From a phage, in the sequence record PZ386957.1: 64,000 nucleotides of DNA; one strand, written 5' to 3'. Shown piece after piece: positions 28,849-37,831 of the stretch. The number at the start of each line of letters is the position of its first letter. Position 1 is the stretch's first letter. The notes below the pieces were generated by a model. That model saw only the letters and a program-made list of their open reading frames with translations. It did no database searches and had not been told where the DNA came from. Made by a program: the position numbers and the translations under genes.

Positions 28849-28877
28849 ATCTTACTACTCCCGTTTCATCATGTCAA
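28849..28877 (-). promoter_or_regulatory. sigma70-type early promoter
   Basis: Minus strand TTGACA-17-TAAGAT inside inverted repeat GGGAGTA..TACTCCC. Confidence 0.5.
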
Positions 28878-29440
28878 GCGTTAAATGACTTTTGGATCTC
28901 TTTCAGTTCAGCTACTTTATCGGCGCTATATTTTGCTTGATGTTCCATGCGCTTAAGCTCACCTTTGATATAGGTTTCTAGCTTAGGTTTATTCTCAATC
29001 AGAAAATCTTTCAAGTCATCGGCATTTTTAAAGTATAGCTGATTATCAAAGCTAAAATCTTCCAGCGTCAAGGATACCAAAGAAGATTTCGCAAACAAGT
29101 TAATCAGATCTTCCAGAGATTCTTCTTTCTTAACTGGTTTCATTTCTTCAAACTGCTTTTTAGTGATGCGTTTAAAGTATTTGCGCTCGTTTGCAGCAAT
29201 CAGAACAGATGCACCTTCATACCCATGAGTTTCTACCAGATACACACGCCCCATCGCATCAACAGTGAGAACTTTAAAGCCGTTACAAAGCACGTCATAC
29301 AAGAACTTATTATGTTGCGGACATCGTTTGATAAATTCTGCGGCTGTTTCTGCACTACGGAAAGTGTAATAACGACCTCGTTCAAAAGCAGCATCATTTG
29401 AAGACTTAGCCGGATACAATTTATACGTTTTCTGTACCAT
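28874..29440 (-). CDS. tandem-paralog family protein
   Basis: ORF track 28874..29458; start refined to ATG 29440 (GAGG RBS); contains NGFKVLTVDAMGRVYLVE and ERKYFKRI repeat signature. Confidence 0.6.
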   Translation of the reverse strand: MVQKTYKLYPAKSSNDAAFERGRYYTFRSAETAAEFIKRCPQHNKFLYDVLCNGFKVLTVDAMGRVYLVETHGYEGASVLIAANERKYFKRITKKQFEEMKPVKKEESLEDLINLFAKSSLVSLTLEDFSFDNQLYFKNADDLKDFLIENKPKLETYIKGELKRMEHQAKYSADKVAELKEIQKSFNA

Positions 29441-29454
29441 AATATAATCCTCTA

Positions 29455-29727
29455 TCATTTCACTAATTGAACAGCACGAAACAGAATGCGGTCACACGGA
29501 AGAAGCATAAATTCCCAACGCGGATCAAAGTCTTTAGCGGTATATGTTTTCCCATCAACCGAGATTTCACTTACATAACCAATAGGTGACACTTTAAGAA
29601 CAGTAAACCCATTCTTGATGACTTCGTAGGTATCTTTCAAACCTTCGTAGTCATCCTCTAGGAAGTCTTTACGTGCTTGCTCAGATTTAAAAACATAGGC
29701 CACACCGGATTTAAACATCTTACGCAT
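29455..29727 (-). CDS. tandem-paralog family protein (single repeat domain)
   Basis: ORF track 29455..29787 trimmed to ATG 29727 (AGGAGA RBS), downstream of the promoter at 29759-29787; NGFTVLKVSPIGYVSEISVDGKTY signature. Confidence 0.55.
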   Translation of the reverse strand: MRKMFKSGVAYVFKSEQARKDFLEDDYEGLKDTYEVIKNGFTVLKVSPIGYVSEISVDGKTYTAKDFDPRWEFMLLPCDRILFRAVQLVK

Positions 29728-29758
29728 TGTTGATTCTCCTTCTTGATTAGATGGGAGT

Positions 29759-29787
29759 ATTTTACTACTCCCATTTCTTATTGTCAA
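29759..29787 (-). promoter_or_regulatory. sigma70-type early promoter
   Basis: Minus strand TTGACA-17-TAAAAT inside inverted repeat GGGAGTA..TACTCCC. Confidence 0.5.
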
Positions 29788-29790
29788 CTA

Positions 29791-30264
29791 CTATCTTAAT
29801 CTTTGTATAAATTGTTTCTTATACTTCTTCGTGATCTCTTCTCTTGTATCAGCGTCACAGTAATCGAAACCTTCTGCGTCCATAATAGCAACCATCTCCG
29901 CGCGTGTCAAGCGTGAAAATCGTTTTACTTTATCAACAGCATATTGAGGATGTAAATGATTGTTGGTGTAGTCTCCTTTGATGTAATTAACATAGTTTGT
30001 AGCCCAAACAACGAAATCAGCACCTAAAGCACCAACACCAAACCGTTTAAAGTCTCCGGTCAACGATCCTTCTAGGCGGTTGCAACACGAATGAAGCAAT
30101 CCCCTTACGCGGCCTTGCCCTTTACCATCTAGATCGTGGTCGTGGTCAAGATGGTTTTTGCTCATATCCTCAAAAAGTGGCAATTGACAAAGGGGGCAAA
30201 TGCCCCCCTGTTTTTCGAATAGTTCTTGTTTGTACTCTTTAGCACTCTTAGCAGTCAGTAACAT
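29791..30264 (-). CDS. 49: recombination endonuclease VII (gp49, Holliday junction resolvase)
   Basis: Start refined to ATG 30264 (MLLTAK, GGAGGG RBS); CPLCQ and HLDHDHDL motifs; colinear with recalled T4 gp49. Confidence 0.88.
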   Translation of the reverse strand: MLLTAKSAKEYKQELFEKQGGICPLCQLPLFEDMSKNHLDHDHDLDGKGQGRVRGLLHSCCNRLEGSLTGDFKRFGVGALGADFVVWATNYVNYIKGDYTNNHLHPQYAVDKVKRFSRLTRAEMVAIMDAEGFDYCDADTREEITKKYKKQFIQRLR

Positions 30265-30288
30265 AAATTCACCCTCCAAAGAAGGTAT

Positions 30289-30570
30289 TTAACCATGAAT
30301 CTTGTTTTTGACTACAAAGGATCGGAACTCATCAAAGCCACCAATATAATCACCATCATAGAAAATCTGCGGCATGGTGGCAATAACTTCTACCCCTGCG
30401 CGATCCTGAATATCGGCAATGATAGAATCAATCTTTACAGGGCGACCGTTTTCGTCCACACCATCATTAACCGGAATGTAGATGTAAGGGATCTTACGCG
30501 CTTCACAAAGGCGCTTTGCATTCTGGCAATACTTACAGTTGTAACCTTCAAAACCAAAAATTTCTACCAT
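30289..30570 (-). CDS. nrdC: thioredoxin/glutaredoxin NrdC
   Basis: CKYC active site (T4 NrdC CVYC), conserved IGGFD..R.F; start refined to ATG 30570. Confidence 0.8.
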   Translation of the reverse strand: MVEIFGFEGYNCKYCQNAKRLCEARKIPYIYIPVNDGVDENGRPVKIDSIIADIQDRAGVEVIATMPQIFYDGDYIGGFDEFRSFVVKNKIHG

Positions 30571-30578
30571 GTTATACC

Positions 30579-31391
30579 TCAATCTACGTTAGTTACATAA
30601 ACTTCTTGCGTATCAGAAGACTTGCCACCTGAACGATCTAGGCAATAGGTCTTATTCAACAGGACGCAGTTTAAATCATTCCGCTTGATAAAATCAAGCA
30701 AATGGTTGTTAACTTTCCCTTTGTGGTGAGTAACATTGCTTAATCCAAACTTAGTACCGCTAGACATTAATGATTCTATCCACATGTAGAATTTAATCTC
30801 TTCTTCTTCACTCCAGAACTTATTATATTCTGCCGACGTGATCCAATATGGCGGGTCCAAATAAACGAAATCACCGGGCAAGATCTCGATCTCGTCATAA
30901 CGACCAGACGTAAAATTGATTCGACCGTCTTTGTTTTCTTCTTTAAAATTCAGGACACGCTCTACCGCGTTTTCGTTAAAAGTCCGGCGACCAAAATTAG
31001 CATTAAATTCGCCCTTTCGGTTATGGCGGTTAATGTTGCTAAAACTATGCTGAATCAGAACAAACAGAGATAGCGGATCTGGATTCTCGTTATACTTCTT
31101 GCGGAATGCCATATAAGAATCTTTATCATCACGAGACAAACCATTCTCGGCAATAATCCGCTTGATCGTAGAAACCGGATCAGGGCACTCGTCAATCGCT
31201 TTGTAAGCATCAATTAAGCGGTGATCATAGTCATTAGCCAGAACATCCCCTTCGACGTACAGAGACACGCTCAAACCGCCACAAAAGGCATCGACAAAGC
31301 GGTTATAGTGCTTAGGGAAATACTTACTAACACCTGGCAATAACTTTTCCTTATTGCCAGTATAGGGAATTAAACCTAATGCTTTCTTCAT
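30579..31391 (-). CDS. dam: DNA adenine methyltransferase (Dam, N6-A MTase)
   Basis: 270 aa; AdoMet motif FVD.FCGGLSVSL and catalytic DPPY; colinear with recalled T4 Dam. Confidence 0.88.
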   Translation of the reverse strand: MKKALGLIPYTGNKEKLLPGVSKYFPKHYNRFVDAFCGGLSVSLYVEGDVLANDYDHRLIDAYKAIDECPDPVSTIKRIIAENGLSRDDKDSYMAFRKKYNENPDPLSLFVLIQHSFSNINRHNRKGEFNANFGRRTFNENAVERVLNFKEENKDGRINFTSGRYDEIEILPGDFVYLDPPYWITSAEYNKFWSEEEEIKFYMWIESLMSSGTKFGLSNVTHHKGKVNNHLLDFIKRNDLNCVLLNKTYCLDRSGGKSSDTQEVYVTNVD

Positions 31392-31822
31392 TATCCCTTC
31401 CTCAAATAAGTTCTTTCAATTTCTACCAGTTCGAAAAATTCATCCCAATCACACGGAAAATTGCAGTTTCCGAAATGATCCTCTTTGTAAAGTTCTTTAC
31501 CGGATGGCAGCTTAATATCTGTTACGCTGTAGTATCCGCAACAATCGCAATCACCATCTGTATATTCTGTTTTGGTAGGAATATCCATCATTGCCAGATA
31601 CAAAGGTACATCGTCTTGCTCAAAGTTCATGTAACCTTCATGGTCGAATGAAACAAAGTTATCATCGCCACCGAAAGGGATATAGTGGTCATAATCGGTT
31701 ACAGGTTGACCGTGCAATTCCCATTCTACAATTTTAACATTACCGCTAAACTTGATACCCATAATTTCAACAAGAAAATGAGTATCGTCAATGTAAATCT
31801 TACTAGGAGTTGGATAAACCAT
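31391..31822 (-). CDS. hypothetical protein
   Basis: 143 aa ORF, Cys-rich C-terminus (DGDCDCCGY, CNFPC). Confidence 0.5.
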   Translation of the reverse strand: MVYPTPSKIYIDDTHFLVEIMGIKFSGNVKIVEWELHGQPVTDYDHYIPFGGDDNFVSFDHEGYMNFEQDDVPLYLAMMDIPTKTEYTDGDCDCCGYYSVTDIKLPSGKELYKEDHFGNCNFPCDWDEFFELVEIERTYLRKG

Positions 31823-31832
31823 TATATAATCC

Positions 31833-32129
31833 TCATATCTCAGAGAATAGAATCTCTGTTAGCTTCACTGACTGCTCTCTGAATGTTAGCGTATACTCGA
31901 AAGGAAAGTCAACACCCAATTTCAGAAGAGAATAGCCTACCGCCTCTTTATGCTTGTCGGTTAGGGCGATCCTAACCAATTCCCGTTGAATCTCTTTAGG
32001 CGGTGAATGGATAGTAACACGGGTATCATGCAATGTCCAGTCACCATTACGAATCAAGATTAACGGTTTATCGTCATTGAAGATCACCGACCCCTTTCCG
32101 GTCGGTGAGTGTTTTATACTAATCATCAA
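31833..32129 (-). CDS. hypothetical protein
   Basis: 98 aa ORF. Confidence 0.45.
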   Translation of the reverse strand: MMISIKHSPTGKGSVIFNDDKPLILIRNGDWTLHDTRVTIHSPPKEIQRELVRIALTDKHKEAVGYSLLKLGVDFPFEYTLTFREQSVKLTEILFSEI

Positions 32130-32340
32130 ATTCTAAGAAATATTCTGGAACGATATAACCGTTAAAGTCATTACACTTATAAAAATGTGGTGCATTTAAT
32201 GCTGGATGAGCATTAGTAAAGAGTGTACCCTCTAGAAACAGAATGTAATTAACAGGTCTGATACCGACAGAATCTGGATCTAATCCTTTTTCTCTCAGTT
32301 CAGCCAGCGTTAAAACTCGTCCAGATCGTCCCTTAGTCAT
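32119..32340 (-). CDS. hypothetical small protein
   Basis: 73 aa ORF. Confidence 0.4.
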   Translation of the reverse strand: MTKGRSGRVLTLAELREKGLDPDSVGIRPVNYILFLEGTLFTNAHPALNAPHFYKCNDFNGYIVPEYFLEFDD

Positions 32341-32626
32341 GATTTACCCCAAATTCATCAAGATTATGTCGCAGCATTTCAGAGTATTTTTCTACTTCTT
32401 TAATCTTAGTGTGGATCTCCACGATCTCATCTCCAATATCAGAAAGTTTAATGGCAATTGCGAGCGTGCTTTTACCAGCTTTCGCAATCTCTTTCAGTTC
32501 AACCAATAGATCCGCGTATTTCAGTAGCAGTTCTTCACGTCGAACATAAGCGACGGTCAAAGCCTCATCAGCGATTTCTAAAGCATTTTCAGCGACACCA
32601 ACAACCATTTTACGAGTAGACAGCAT
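32333..32626 (-). CDS. hypothetical protein
   Basis: 97 aa ORF, helical. Confidence 0.45.
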   Translation of the reverse strand: MLSTRKMVVGVAENALEIADEALTVAYVRREELLLKYADLLVELKEIAKAGKSTLAIAIKLSDIGDEIVEIHTKIKEVEKYSEMLRHNLDEFGVNHD

Positions 32627-32640
32627 AAATTCACCTCACA

Positions 32641-32949
32641 TTATTTCACGTTAACGCCGTCATCAATCCAGCCGACGCTATTTGGTTTAACAGTTTTACC
32701 ATAGGATGCATACTTAATCAAGCATGGTTTAACATCATTATCAAATCTTCCTAAACGTACTCCCAAATCAGGAATATCCATGTATGCGGCTTTATATCCC
32801 CATGTACAATATTCAGCATCAATCTCAACCGGACGGCCTTTAAAAGCATACACTACACCGTGACGGTCAACGATAACATAGCGATAGCCAGCCGGAAGAT
32901 ACACAGTTTCGCCGTAAACTTTAACTGGAGTAGCAGAAGAGATAAACAT
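32641..32949 (-). CDS. hypothetical protein
   Basis: 102 aa ORF. Confidence 0.45.
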   Translation of the reverse strand: MFISSATPVKVYGETVYLPAGYRYVIVDRHGVVYAFKGRPVEIDAEYCTWGYKAAYMDIPDLGVRLGRFDNDVKPCLIKYASYGKTVKPNSVGWIDDGVNVK

Positions 32950-33019
32950 AATATAATCCTCACATCGTTCATTTGATGCGGTTATTATAGGATAACCGCA
33001 TTTTCATATCAACAGTTTT

Positions 33020-33394
33020 TTAAAAATCTTCTTCCGGTTTATATCGACCGTCATCGACTGGTTTTGGACTGAATCCTTTATGCGTGCGCGGCTTCGCTTC
33101 CGGTTTACCAGCAATCATCAAACCAAAACATTTCAGCCCCTTATAACACATAACAATATCAACCACGGTCCACGTTATAGGCCATACGATTGCAGCAATA
33201 CAAAATGCTCCTGTATCGACCTCTTTGGTGTCCTTGTCGAATCTGGCATACAAGCAGAATACTAGATACGAGATCATTGCACCAGTAGTCCAGATATAAA
33301 GTACATTAACAATATCTTGTGTTGTCACATTGTCCTCCTTACATGTCTTGCAGTGCGTAAAAGCATTTTTCTTCGTAGTCATAGAAAATGTCAA
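33020..33394 (-). CDS. membrane protein, start uncertain
   Basis: Hydrophobic helices (MISYLVFCLYARF, AFCIAAIVWPITWTVVDIVMCY); 5' end overlaps the upstream gene, so the true start is probably internal. Confidence 0.45.
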   Translation of the reverse strand: MTFSMTTKKNAFTHCKTCKEDNVTTQDIVNVLYIWTTGAMISYLVFCLYARFDKDTKEVDTGAFCIAAIVWPITWTVVDIVMCYKGLKCFGLMIAGKPEAKPRTHKGFSPKPVDDGRYKPEEDF

Positions 33395-33617
33395 AGTATG
33401 CTTTTTCTACATACTCGCCATTGATCCAAGAGGCAGTAACAATCATAGTTGTCCAGTTAGATCCACTCTCAACAGCAAAGGTTTTGATGCCCAGCTTCGC
33501 TGCTAAGTCGAAAGCAAACCGGACGCAACCACGGCAGGAAGTGATATTGGAAGTTTTGATTTTGATGCCACCGCGAGTTTTGGAAATTTCTACTTTAGCG
33601 AAAGACAAGTTGCTCAT
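33339..33617 (-). CDS. hypothetical protein
   Basis: 92 aa; ATG with GGAGA RBS downstream of the promoter at 33651-33679. Confidence 0.5.
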   Translation of the reverse strand: MSNLSFAKVEISKTRGGIKIKTSNITSCRGCVRFAFDLAAKLGIKTFAVESGSNWTTMIVTASWINGEYVEKAYFDIFYDYEEKCFYALQDM

Positions 33618-33650
33618 TTTGATTCTCCTTAAGAAAGTGTGTTTCGTTTT

Positions 33651-33679
33651 GATGTGTGTAGTATAGGGGATACGTGATC
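33651..33679 (-). promoter_or_regulatory. sigma70-type early promoter
   Basis: Minus strand TTGACA-17-TATACT; spacer palindrome GGGGAT..ATCCCC. Confidence 0.55.
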
Positions 33680-33696
33680 CCCTGTCAACAACTTTT

Positions 33697-34026
33697 TTAT
33701 GATTTTAGTGAATTAACCACTACATCAAAATGATGTACAGAGCACACCTTACGAAACACATATTCATCATGTTTAGGAATCGCCCCTAACCGCTCTATTT
33801 CGCTTGCTGACACGATAAACTGTTTATCTGGTGCATATGCCTTGCGTGCTTCAACAACGCACGGGAAACGCGTTTCAGAGAGTTCTGGATAGTTTTCTGA
33901 ATCCATCAGGACAATGAATACCCTGTTACATTGATTGTAGAATCCTGTTTTTGATTTCATCAAGTTTTCTTCTCTGTACAATTCGTGCAATCTTCCTTTC
34001 ATGATTTCGTTGGTTCTTGTCTTCAC
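33697..34026 (-). CDS. hypothetical protein, start uncertain
   Basis: 109 aa ORF overlapping the upstream gene by about 100 nt. Confidence 0.4.
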   Translation of the reverse strand: MKTRTNEIMKGRLHELYREENLMKSKTGFYNQCNRVFIVLMDSENYPELSETRFPCVVEARKAYAPDKQFIVSASEIERLGAIPKHDEYVFRKVCSVHHFDVVVNSLKS

Positions 34027-34282
34027 AGTTTACCCATTCAACAAGATCTTTACCTAACTCGAAAGCCCATTCTCGGTCTTGCTTTACGTTTTGTAGGTAT
34101 GGACTTTCTGACACTCTACGAAGTGATGTTGTCGTAACAAGAATGATCCCAGGAATGGTCGGATGTTCCTTTCCATATACAATAGGACGAGAGTCACGCT
34201 CGACACCTTCCAAGAAGGTGTATCCTGAATCATTTAGAATCATATACATTTTCGGTTCGTTCATCACAGATTCCTCAGCCAA
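33926..34282 (-). CDS. hypothetical protein
   Basis: 118 aa ORF. Confidence 0.45.
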   Translation of the reverse strand: MAEESVMNEPKMYMILNDSGYTFLEGVERDSRPIVYGKEHPTIPGIILVTTTSLRRVSESPYLQNVKQDREWAFELGKDLVEWVNCEDKNQRNHERKIARIVQRRKLDEIKNRILQSM

Positions 34283-34518
34283 TTGTTAAAACGAGCAAAC
34301 AATGATGCTTTTCGTGCTTCTTTTACTCTACTCGCAGATAAGCCACTGAAACACCACTCATAATTATCGTGAAACTCAGGATCAACGGGAACGCCAGCTT
34401 TGCGTAATTCTCCGGTTGTTACTAAGAATCCCTCATAGTATGGCGTACCTTCAACAATAATTGGAAGGTTAACTTCATCCAAGAATGAATAACGTCGGCA
34501 GAAAATTTCAATTTTCAT
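34264..34518 (-). CDS. hypothetical small protein
   Basis: 84 aa ORF. Confidence 0.45.
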   Translation of the reverse strand: MKIEIFCRRYSFLDEVNLPIIVEGTPYYEGFLVTTGELRKAGVPVDPEFHDNYEWCFSGLSASRVKEARKASLFARFNNWLRNL

Positions 34519-34763
34519 TTTACATTGTCTCCATAGATCTTGCCATCAATATCAATCTCACCAGCACGAACATCTAAGATAAGATGCGGTAGGTGTATGC
34601 AGTTTTCCCAACCTACGCGCTTCATTTCGGCTACAGCAACGTAAGCCCATCCGTTCGCTGTAATAAAGTCTACTTCAACTTTCAGGGGAAAGCAAGACTT
34701 TTCTATGTCTTCGAATCCGACAATGTGTTTTGTTGTTGAATATGGAATGTATCCGGTAATCAT
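34515..34763 (-). CDS. hypothetical small protein
   Basis: 82 aa ORF, stop/start overlap with neighbours. Confidence 0.45.
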   Translation of the reverse strand: MITGYIPYSTTKHIVGFEDIEKSCFPLKVEVDFITANGWAYVAVAEMKRVGWENCIHLPHLILDVRAGEIDIDGKIYGDNVK

Positions 34764-35008
34764 TTTGTGATCTCCTTGTACTCAACACACCATAAGCGAG
34801 TAGCCCATGATAAACGCTCGTAACGCTGGCAGAAATCAGACCATAGGTATTGTGTACCGTCGTCCTGCATGGTTGAAATATGCGTCTTCTCTCCTACTTT
34901 CACGAATGAAGTATTCGATTTTGTGATCTCGACCGGAGTATAGCCAACTAGCGCCGCATGTACTTTAGTCTCGATTTCATCCATATCAGCCAATGTTTTA
35001 ACCTTCAT
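34760..35008 (-). CDS. hypothetical small protein
   Basis: 82 aa ORF. Confidence 0.45.
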   Translation of the reverse strand: MKVKTLADMDEIETKVHAALVGYTPVEITKSNTSFVKVGEKTHISTMQDDGTQYLWSDFCQRYERLSWATRLWCVEYKEITK

Positions 35009-35018
35009 AATTTAATCC

Positions 35019-35309
35019 TCAAATGGTAGTTTTGCGAAGATGGTCATTACATGCTTTTAATGCATCAGTCGCGGTGTCATAGCGAGTATTATCATAGCAC
35101 CAATCACCATCCGTCAACTGATAAATTAATCCATCCTTTTTAGCTTCGATGAAAGATAACTCTTTGAAAGTTTCTACTTTCTTTGCTGACACTCCACGGT
35201 CACGGCGTTTGTAAAGTTTCTTTAAAACTCTTTCCGCTTGTTCTTCTTTCTCGCCAGACAGATCCCAGATAATGCTACGGATATGTTTGATCATTTGTTC
35301 GGTGTTCAT
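35019..35309 (-). CDS. hypothetical protein
   Basis: 96 aa; AGGAGA RBS; promoter at 35339-35366. Confidence 0.5.
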   Translation of the reverse strand: MNTEQMIKHIRSIIWDLSGEKEEQAERVLKKLYKRRDRGVSAKKVETFKELSFIEAKKDGLIYQLTDGDWCYDNTRYDTATDALKACNDHLRKTTI

Positions 35310-35338
35310 CTTTGATTCTCCTTAGTTGGTATGTGCGC

Positions 35339-35366
35339 ATTATAACATTGGGATTTTCATTGTCAA
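35339..35366 (-). promoter_or_regulatory. sigma70-type early promoter
   Basis: Minus strand TTGACA-16-TATAAT. Confidence 0.55.
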
Positions 35367-35410
35367 CACCTAAAAACAAAAAGGCTATCCCGAAGGACAG
35401 CCCATAAAAA

Positions 35411-36229
35411 TTACACGCGAGCACCGTAGATCGTGCCAACTTTAGTCCATGTTGGGGCATTACCAGTAACAGCTTTACCAGCAGCACCACCAGGCCACGG
35501 AACACCAGCGCGACCAGTACCATCATACCATGAGTCGTTAGCCTTAGCACCTGCTTGACCAGCGTCACCACCGTTACCAGCATAATATATATTACCGTTA
35601 TACGATCCTCTACCCGGCGCGGTATATGTAGCAGCGGTTGACCCTATTTCCATGTTGGAATATGCACCAGCCGCACCATAAGGACGACCACCACCACCAC
35701 CCATTGACAACCCAATGATCGGATAATATGAGTAATAAGCACCGCCACCGCCACCGCCACCGCCAGCGATGACACCATTATTTGTGATGCGTAGACGTGT
35801 ACCGATACCATTATTGATAGCAGTCCCGCCAGCTTGTCCAGGACCAGTGCTGGAATTAGTACCGCCATCACCACCCTTACCACCACGACCCCAAACATGG
35901 ACACCTGGGTTAATGTTTAATGTAATATACTCATTAGCAAGATCGCTAGGAAAATCGAGACACGGAACACTAGCAGAATGAGAAACAATATCCCCGGTAA
36001 TGGTAATTACTACCGGAGTAGACCCGTGTGATCTTAGATAACTAATCAAAGTATCTTTATTGTAACTATGGTTAGACCCAATACTATAATAAACCTCTTT
36101 AGAACGTCCCACCATCGCACTCATCCAAGCCGGACGACCTAAGCGTACAGCTTCCATTGCGGCACTCATCCACCGTTGGCCTGTTTCATTAACGGCAGAT
36201 GATCCTACCCATCCAGAAGATATTGCCAT
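35411..36229 (-). CDS. glycine-rich protein of unknown function
   Basis: 272 aa; C-terminal half dominated by poly-Gly and GGxGG tracts (GGGGGGGGAYYSYY, MGGGGGRPYG, GNGGDAGQAG); locally GC-rich; hairpin terminator downstream. Confidence 0.6.
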   Translation of the reverse strand: MAISSGWVGSSAVNETGQRWMSAAMEAVRLGRPAWMSAMVGRSKEVYYSIGSNHSYNKDTLISYLRSHGSTPVVITITGDIVSHSASVPCLDFPSDLANEYITLNINPGVHVWGRGGKGGDGGTNSSTGPGQAGGTAINNGIGTRLRITNNGVIAGGGGGGGGAYYSYYPIIGLSMGGGGGRPYGAAGAYSNMEIGSTAATYTAPGRGSYNGNIYYAGNGGDAGQAGAKANDSWYDGTGRAGVPWPGGAAGKAVTGNAPTWTKVGTIYGARV

Positions 36230-36283
36230 AAAATTTCCTCACAAGAAAAGCCCCAATTAAGGGGCATTGATTAATAATATTAC

Positions 36284-36505
36284 TTAGATGATCTCTGCTT
36301 CAACATTCAGGAAGAAAGACCATGTTTTGTTTGGGTAACGAAGCGCCCAAGATTCGGCAGTTTTAACACCAACTTCGAACAATTGACGGCTGGTTACTTT
36401 AGCCATACCATCTTCGATGATAACGTTTTCAATAATCATCGGGTACTTAGCTCCACGCATGAAACCAAAGCCAGCAGATGATTTGATGATTTTAACAGTT
36501 GCCAT
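36284..36505 (-). CDS. hypothetical small protein
   Basis: 73 aa; ATG with GGAGA RBS downstream of the promoter at 36544-36572. Confidence 0.5.
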   Translation of the reverse strand: MATVKIIKSSAGFGFMRGAKYPMIIENVIIEDGMAKVTSRQLFEVGVKTAESWALRYPNKTWSFFLNVEAEII

Positions 36506-36543
36506 TTTGATTCTCCTAGAAAGTGTCGTGTTTCGATGTGTGC

Positions 36544-36572
36544 ATTATGATATATCCAGATCCGGCTGTCAA
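36544..36572 (-). promoter_or_regulatory. sigma70-type early promoter
   Basis: Minus strand TTGACA-17-CATAAT. Confidence 0.55.
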
Positions 36573-36591
36573 CACTTTCTAAGAAAAATTT

Positions 36592-36876
36592 TTAAATTAA
36601 TCGAATGTAGCCCAAAATTTCAGCACTTTTAGCCAGACCTAAAACTTCCCATTCAAGGTCGCCGTAGTCATAATTTGCAACCATCAGTTCACCGTTTTTC
36701 ATACAGCAATCATGAGAGAAAATTTGCCCCGCATAAACCACGATAGTGATAAACTTTCCTGATTCTGGCGGTGTGGAAGACAAAGCGACCATATGACCAT
36801 TCAGTTTAGTCACAAGTGATGGAACAATAAAATTCGGGTTTACCTGAATCCCTTTCAATTCGTTAGTATCTTTCAT
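36592..36876 (-). CDS. hypothetical protein
   Basis: 94 aa ORF. Confidence 0.45.
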   Translation of the reverse strand: MKDTNELKGIQVNPNFIVPSLVTKLNGHMVALSSTPPESGKFITIVVYAGQIFSHDCCMKNGELMVANYDYGDLEWEVLGLAKSAEILGYIRLI

Positions 36877-37253
36877 GCCATACCTCTTAAAACACTAATA
36901 GCATAATCATGCTGGTTATTCATAATATCGATTGCATTGTGGTAACGAGCTAAACCATCGAGGATAAATTCTTGTTTATCCTGTTTCAGCTTAGTATCAC
37001 GCGCAGCCATCAGAGCATCAAGGACAGGTCCAAAGTGATTGTCTAATTCATATTCGGTCGCAATGTTTCCTATGGCCTCATCGATCCGTGATTCCAATGC
37101 TTGTTTTTCGTTGATCACTTGCTGGGTATATTCCAACACATCAAGAATATCGCGGGTAACATCGCCGTGATAAGGTATTCCCGCGTGAAGGTGATCAATT
37201 AGTCTTTGAATATCAATGTTCAATTGTAGCCCTCCTCTGAAAGTACATCCCAA
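36873..37253 (-). CDS. hypothetical protein
   Basis: 126 aa ORF. Confidence 0.45.
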   Translation of the reverse strand: MGCTFRGGLQLNIDIQRLIDHLHAGIPYHGDVTRDILDVLEYTQQVINEKQALESRIDEAIGNIATEYELDNHFGPVLDALMAARDTKLKQDKQEFILDGLARYHNAIDIMNNQHDYAISVLRGMA

Positions 37254-37558
37254 ATCGTTGCGTCAAGATGCATTAAGTTCCACATAATAGAGTCATAACT
37301 ACCGAAGCCAGAAGTAAAAATTACATCACACTGTCGATAGGTCTTATGAAAATCGGTGGCTGTCTCTGCATCAATCGGCATATCGTCACCGGAAAGCACC
37401 AGACATTTAAGAATCATAACTCTGTTAGCCGTCGGCGCTTGCTTAGTCTTTTCAGCATATTTTTCGATGATCCGTTTTGCCTTTTCTTCTTTGATACGTC
37501 CAGACATAATCCGGTTTTGGTATTGATTCATAATAACTTCAATTACATCATTTTGCAT
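37220..37558 (-). CDS. hypothetical protein
   Basis: 112 aa ORF. Confidence 0.45.
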   Translation of the reverse strand: MQNDVIEVIMNQYQNRIMSGRIKEEKAKRIIEKYAEKTKQAPTANRVMILKCLVLSGDDMPIDAETATDFHKTYRQCDVIFTSGFGSYDSIMWNLMHLDATIWDVLSEEGYN

Positions 37559-37757
37559 TCTTCACGGTCTCCATAATTGTTTTGTAAGCCAGTTTAAGAT
37601 GATCACCGAAAAACTTTGCGGTATTACCTTTCGGATCGCGAAGCATTGTTTCTACGATCTCGTCAGCAGTAACAATTTCTCCTTTCTTTGCGGCATGTTC
37701 TACCATATACTTCAAAGTTTCTTCGGAAGCAAGTGCTGCGGCTACTGGATTAATCAT
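37548..37757 (-). CDS. hypothetical small protein
   Basis: 69 aa; AGGAGA RBS; promoter at 37787-37815. Confidence 0.5.
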   Translation of the reverse strand: MINPVAAALASEETLKYMVEHAAKKGEIVTADEIVETMLRDPKGNTAKFFGDHLKLAYKTIMETVKNAK

Positions 37758-37786
37758 TTTGGTTCTCCTTTGTTGTCGATGTGTGC

Positions 37787-37815
37787 ATTATGCTATACCT
37801 TATTCTTGTTGTCAA
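37787..37815 (-). promoter_or_regulatory. sigma70-type early promoter
   Basis: Minus strand TTGACA-17-CATAAT. Confidence 0.55.
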
Positions 37816-37831
37816 CACCTAAAAACGAAAA

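Noticed and set aside
35275-35981. ORFs 35275-35583 (-), 35644-35904 (-) and 35769-35981 (+) overlapping the glycine-rich gene
   Set aside because: Open frames created by the GC-rich, low-complexity Gly codon tracts; only the 272-aa frame has a start context and terminator.
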